Positions 45,280-48,645 of a stretch of 48,645 nucleotides of DNA are shown here, one piece after another. The notes under the pieces were generated by a model. That model made no database searches. It was not told where the DNA came from and saw nothing but the letters and a program-made list of their open reading frames with translations. The stretch's first letter is position 1. Each line of letters opens with the position of its first letter. Both the position numbers and the translations under genes were made by a program. The stretch is from contig MFUU01000010.1 of the NCBI GenBank assembly GCA_001785805.1, forward strand, positions 1,936 to 50,580. Reading direction: 5' to 3'. Origin of the DNA: Candidatus Nomurabacteria bacterium RIFCSPLOWO2_01_FULL_39_17. Lineage in GTDB: Bacteria > Patescibacteriota > Minisyncoccia > Phycocordibacterales > UBA9973.

Positions 45280-45951
45280 ATGCAAAGAAAAGATCCTTTT
45301 ATTCCTGGAGAGTATTATCATATTTACAATCGCGGTATCGATAAACGGATTATTTTTAAATCATTAAATGACTACCGTCGTTTTATGATGCTTTTATATG
45401 TTGCCAACAGTGACGAACCAATCAGGCTTGATAATCTTTTAAATATTCTTAAGAAAAGTTATAAGGAAATTTTGGAATGCGATAAAGGGAAGCCACTTGT
45501 TTCAATAGGCGCGTGGTGTCTTATGGCCAATCATTTTCACATTCTTCTTAAAGAAGAAACAGAAAGTGGAATTTCACAATTTATGAAAAAACTTGGTACT
45601 GGATATTCAATGTTTTTTAATATTAAATATCACCGCACCGGCGGACTTTTTGGTGGACCATTTAAATCAAAACATATTAAAGATGACAATTACCTTAAAC
45701 ATTTATTCGGATATATACACTTAAACCCGCTCGACTTAGAATTTTCTGGTTGGGAAAATTTGATATATAAACAAAATTCAAAGTCATGGAAAAGTTTTCT
45801 TGAAAAATATACATATTCAAGTTATCAAGACTATGTCGGGAAAGAACGTCCGGAAGGGAATATTATTAACAAGCATGTTTTCCCAAAGTATTTTTTGAAA
45901 GTAAAGGACTTTAGTAATTTTATTGATGATTATCTTTCTTTCGATTTATAA
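45280..45951 (+). CDS. REP-associated tyrosine transposase (RAYT) / IS200-like Y1 HUH transposase
   Basis: 223 aa. YHIYNRG N-terminus, HUH motif NHFHILL (45532-45540), catalytic Tyr context GYIHLNPL (Tyr codon 45712-45714). Confidence 0.8.
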   Translation: MQRKDPFIPGEYYHIYNRGIDKRIIFKSLNDYRRFMMLLYVANSDEPIRLDNLLNILKKSYKEILECDKGKPLVSIGAWCLMANHFHILLKEETESGISQFMKKLGTGYSMFFNIKYHRTGGLFGGPFKSKHIKDDNYLKHLFGYIHLNPLDLEFSGWENLIYKQNSKSWKSFLEKYTYSSYQDYVGKERPEGNIINKHVFPKYFLKVKDFSNFIDDYLSFDL

Positions 45952-45983
45952 ACCACTAGCAAGGACTGTCCTTGCTAGTGGTT
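45951..45983. repeat. Right flanking palindrome of the RAYT gene
   Basis: AACCACTAGCAAGGAC-T-GTCCTTGCTAGTGGTT: perfect 16-bp arms, beginning at the last base of the stop codon. Confidence 0.85.
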
Positions 45984-46044
45984 GCTAGTAAAATTCACTA
46001 CGGGGTTTGCGTTTATTGAGACATTCTATATAATAGAAATTGTT

Positions 46045-46767
46045 ATGAATCAAAATAAACAAAAATATATAAGTTTTATTGTTGTTATATTAATTATTAT
46101 TAGTGGAGTTTTTTTGTTGAAAAGTAAAAGCGTGATTGCTCCGGTAGATAATATTGAGGTAGAAATACCAGATGATGTTGTATCTGTGCCAGATAAACCG
46201 GCAGAGATAAAACCAAATACTAATAACACGCAATCTAATTTAACCACAGAACAAAAAGACCTTTTAACCAAGCTAAAAAAGACCGTAGATAATCGCGACT
46301 TTGAATCTTTCGCTTCATTATTGCAAGAAGTTTATAAAAATGGCTGGATGAACCAAGAGTTTACCGCTTTGGAGAGTCAATTATATGTTTACGCAACGGA
46401 TAAATACTGGGTGAAAGGGGATTTGGCAAATTCTCTTAGAGTTTCCACCATCGTCTACGATAAAGTTCCCGAAGCTTGGCGTTTCCGTTATATTCGCATT
46501 TTGACTCTAGAAAAATATGGCCGAGATGCTTTTAATGCTGGAGATTTGAATAGCGCTGAAAGTTATGCCAATAAAATTCTGCAAATGATGTTCCGTCCAG
46601 AAGGAGCGAACTTGCTGGCGGATGTATATATCTCTAAAATTAGAACCAATATCAAAAACGGCAACACAACTCTGGCCCAGCAAAATCTCGGTTTTATTTG
46701 GGATTTTGAAATCAACCAGGACCGCAGGGATATCTTAACTGATTTAAAGACGCAATTAGGAATGTAA
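46045..46767 (+). CDS. Membrane-anchored protein with a helical repeat (TPR-like?) ectodomain, function unknown
   Basis: 240 aa from ATG 46045 (the ORF-track TTG at 45982 lies in the palindrome). TM helix YISFIVVILIIISGVFLL. The remainder is helical-looking and rich in Tyr, Trp and Lys. Confidence 0.55.
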   Translation: MNQNKQKYISFIVVILIIISGVFLLKSKSVIAPVDNIEVEIPDDVVSVPDKPAEIKPNTNNTQSNLTTEQKDLLTKLKKTVDNRDFESFASLLQEVYKNGWMNQEFTALESQLYVYATDKYWVKGDLANSLRVSTIVYDKVPEAWRFRYIRILTLEKYGRDAFNAGDLNSAESYANKILQMMFRPEGANLLADVYISKIRTNIKNGNTTLAQQNLGFIWDFEINQDRRDILTDLKTQLGM

Positions 46768-46772
46768 TTTTT

Positions 46773-46819
46773 ATAAAGGACACCCTCCTTGAGAACTTTC
46801 TCAAAGGAATGTCCTTTAT
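46773..46819 (+). terminator. Long hairpin after the stop codon, probable terminator
   Basis: ATAAAGGACA...TGTCCTTTAT outer stem with inner CCTTGAGA / TCTCAAAGG pairing, followed by an A/T-rich tract. Confidence 0.5.
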
Positions 46820-46853
46820 TATTTATAAAAAATAATCTCTCATAAATTTTTAC

Positions 46854-46867
46854 AAGTTATCCACATA
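46854..46867 (+). promoter_or_regulatory. Second copy of AAGTTATCCACATA (DnaA-box-like 9-mer), 29 nt upstream of a TATAAT
   Basis: Identical to 40567-40580. Upstream of the second surface-protein gene. Confidence 0.4.
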
Positions 46868-46894
46868 TTTATGTTCTAATATTTTTCAATATTG

Positions 46895-46900
46895 TATAAT
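46895..46900 (+). promoter_or_regulatory. -10 box TATAAT of the putative promoter for the 47170 gene (about 265-nt leader)
   Basis: Perfect hexamer. Same arrangement as 40610-40615. Confidence 0.35.
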
Positions 46901-46992
46901 CATTAAATGCATCAGCGTGTCGAATGCGCTCTTGCCCGTCTTTGATTGTTTATAAATGCATTATTAAGCAATTAAAGAAAATTGTCCCAACA

Positions 46993-47138
46993 AGCGAGGA
47001 GCATGTGAAAGTTTATTTTGACTAGCGAGGAGCATATATAAATTTGTTTATATAATGTCCGAACGAAATCAAAACATTGTATCTAGTTATATTTTCATAA
47101 TGTCCGAACGAAGTTGAGATATGGAGTTAATACTCCAT
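46993..47138 (+). repeat. Two pairs of short direct repeats plus a hairpin in the leader of the 47170 gene
   Basis: AGCGAGGAGCAT at 46993 and 47024. ATAATGTCCGAACGAA at 47052 and 47097. Hairpin ATGGAGT-TAAT-ACTCCAT at 47121-47138. Confidence 0.6.
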
Positions 47139-47169
47139 CTTATTATTATTAAGTTTTTATTATTAAAAT

Positions 47170-48645
47170 ATGAAAAAAATACAAAAAATATTTTTAATTG
47201 GTTTTCTCACTCTAGCTCTTGTCGTGGGAGTAGGAGTTGGTTCTGCAGGTGCTACGCTCACCCTCGATGCGTTAACCGTTACCAGTAGTGGCGCGCTTAC
47301 CTTGACCGGAGCAGTAGGTTCGGCTATCACAATTGGCGCTGCTGGGCAAACCGGCACAATCAGTGTCGGCGACTCAACTGGCGCTATGACCATGAATTTG
47401 GCCAGTGGCAATAGCATAAAAACGATTAATCTTGGCACCGGAACGGGTGTTAAGACGATTCATATCGGCGATAATGCCACTCCAGCTAACGTTATCACAA
47501 TCGGTGGCGCAGCATCTGGTACGGTTGTAGGTGGAACATTCAAGATTGGAACCTTGAGTTCAACAGTTGCAGGAAGTGGATTGACTATTAATGCCACTAC
47601 TCCTAGAGCAGTGGACATCAATGTTGACGATAATGATGTTGCCACGACAGATACGGCCGTGCTCCTTTCCGCTGGTCGTTTTAGATTAATGAGATATGCT
47701 AACTCTGATTCAGAAGATTATGCAGTTCATGGTTTAGTTAAATATTCAGCGTTGACCAAAAGCCGATTTGGCGCTGGTGTAATGGGAGCGGCAGAAACAA
47801 CTGGCGCAGTTACCGCCTCTAATCTTTTAGCTGGTGTTTTGGGACGATTTGGAACAGCAGCTACGCTTACTTTGACCGGTGCTACTGATCGTGTTGCTGC
47901 CGTAGCTGCCTTCAACAACAATAGTGTTGCTTTAGCTGGTTCTGGAAAATCAGCCGGTTTGTTAGTAATGGAGACCGATGTTGGAACTCCGATTGATCTT
48001 GACTACGGTTTGGAAATCCAGAATAGTGCCGCGACAACAGGTATTCAGGTTGGAACTGCAACAACCGGTATTAATTTGGCCGGAACTTTCACCACAGGTA
48101 TGAGCGTTGCTAATACAGCAACTACTGGAATTAACTTTGCCGGCGGAGCAGCAACCCAGCCTATTCTAGTTGGAGCTTTTAGCTCGACTGTTCCGGGAAG
48201 CGGCGTGATTATTAACGACAGCAATGTAAGAGCGGTTGATGTCCATGTTGACGATAACGACGTTGCCTCGGCAGATACGGCTAAAACTCTCTCTGCCGCT
48301 CGCTTCAGATTGATAAGATATGCTGATTCTGTTGCAGAAGATTACGCGCTTCATGGCTTGGTTAAATATACAGATGGAGTGACCAAGAGCCGATGGGGTG
48401 CTGGTGTCATAGGAGCTGCCGAAATGACGGGCGCAGTTACTTTGTCTAATCTTACAACTGGTGTTTTGGGACGATTTGGAACATCAGCTACGCTTACTTT
48501 GACCGGTGCTACTGATCGTGTTGCTGCCGTAACTGCCTTTAACAACAACGGTGTTGCTTTAGCTGGTTCTGGAAAATCAGCCGGTTTGTTAGTAATGGAG
48601 ACCGATGTTGGAACTCCGATTGATCTTGACTACGGTTTGGAAATC
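47170..48645 (+). CDS. Secreted repeat-containing surface protein, 3' end outside window (absent from the ORF track)
   Basis: My manual translation from ATG 47170 gave 492 codons with no stop up to the window edge. Signal peptide MKKIQKIFLIGFLTLALVVGVGVGSAGA. Gly/Thr/Ala-rich. The five minus-strand track ORFs here are antisense artefacts. Confidence 0.8.
   Translation, partial: MKKIQKIFLIGFLTLALVVGVGVGSAGATLTLDALTVTSSGALTLTGAVGSAITIGAAGQTGTISVGDSTGAMTMNLASGNSIKTINLGTGTGVKTIHIGDNATPANVITIGGAASGTVVGGTFKIGTLSSTVAGSGLTINATTPRAVDINVDDNDVATTDTAVLLSAGRFRLMRYANSDSEDYAVHGLVKYSALTKSRFGAGVMGAAETTGAVTASNLLAGVLGRFGTAATLTLTGATDRVAAVAAFNNNSVALAGSGKSAGLLVMETDVGTPIDLDYGLEIQNSAATTGIQVGTATTGINLAGTFTTGMSVANTATTGINFAGGAATQPILVGAFSSTVPGSGVIINDSNVRAVDVHVDDNDVASADTAKTLSAARFRLIRYADSVAEDYALHGLVKYTDGVTKSRWGAGVIGAAEMTGAVTLSNLTTGVLGRFGTSATLTLTGATDRVAAVTAFNNNGVALAGSGKSAGLLVMETDVGTPIDLDYGLEI
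47554..48645 (+). repeat. Tandem ~209-codon coding repeat (units about 47554-48019 and 48178-48645, period 624-627 nt)
   Basis: The 3' parts, 47833-48019 versus 48460-48645, differ at only 5 positions. The 5' parts are much more diverged. Confidence 0.85.

Larger units (their letters stand above)
45215..45983 (+). mobile_element. REPtron-like unit: RAYT-type HUH tyrosine transposase gene bracketed by two copies of a long palindrome
   Basis: Both flanks share the core CACTAGCAAGGAC-W-GTCCTTGCTAGTG. The centre base is A on the left and T on the right, i.e. inverted relative orientation. Confidence 0.7.

Noticed and set aside
40570-46865. Replication origin (oriC) suggested by perfect DnaA boxes
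   Set aside because: I found only two boxes, 6.3 kb apart. There is no box cluster, no AT-rich unwinding repeats next to them and no dnaA or dnaN nearby. A promoter-associated motif is the more economical reading.
47163-48548. Five minus-strand ORF-track entries (47163-47438, 47460-47645, 47727-47921, 48166-48354, 48351-48548)
   Set aside because: All are antisense to the long plus-strand frame from 47170, which has a signal peptide and coherent repeats. Their Pro/Ala/Val-rich translations are mirror artefacts, and two of them merely reflect the tandem repeat.

Overview
AT-rich, tightly packed bacterial chromosome segment. The gene content (type IV pilus core without outer-membrane parts, split ComEC, shortened central enzymes, many aminoacyl-tRNA synthetase and DNA-recombination genes, giant Thr/Ser/Ala/Gly-rich secreted proteins) resembles a Candidate Phyla Radiation / Patescibacteria (Parcubacteria-like) genome; this taxonomic call is inference only. 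Layout: 1-2481 is the 3' part of a giant adhesin with CARDB-like modules and two thrombospondin type-1 repeats. 2529-8340 is a pilB-pilC-three pseudopilins-PilX-like operon. 8345-39296 is a housekeeping block: tpiA, short pgk, HIT, recJ, rnhA, comEC split around an inverted SOD gene, glyA, SDR, Nudix, tmk, dut, argS, ileS, recO, membrane protein, glyQS, M16 peptidase, AI-2E permease, metG, tatD-like, rpsF-ssb-rpsR, efp, recA, ftsK. 39297-48645 is an accessory/surface region: wHTH regulator, 1374-aa peptidoglycan-anchored S-layer-like protein, RAYT-type HUH transposase flanked by palindromes, membrane-anchored protein, and a second secreted protein with ~209-aa tandem repeats that runs off the window and is missing from the ORF track. 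No rRNA, tRNA or CRISPR array was found. Most unusual observations: (1) IleRS carries a ~208-aa histidine-phosphatase (RHG...GHG) domain inserted inside its CxxC...CxC knuckle. (2) At least ten copies of two related families of nested-hairpin interspersed elements show compensatory arm changes; one copy sits in frame inside ileS, and a GC-rich palindrome sits in frame in argS (RPE/REP-like behaviour). (3) A REPtron-like RAYT locus. (4) A TGnTAnnnT-type -10 box lies 6-8 nt before the ATG of about twelve operon-first genes, implying leaderless mRNAs. All product calls rest on motif recognition by eye; no database search or folding computation was possible.
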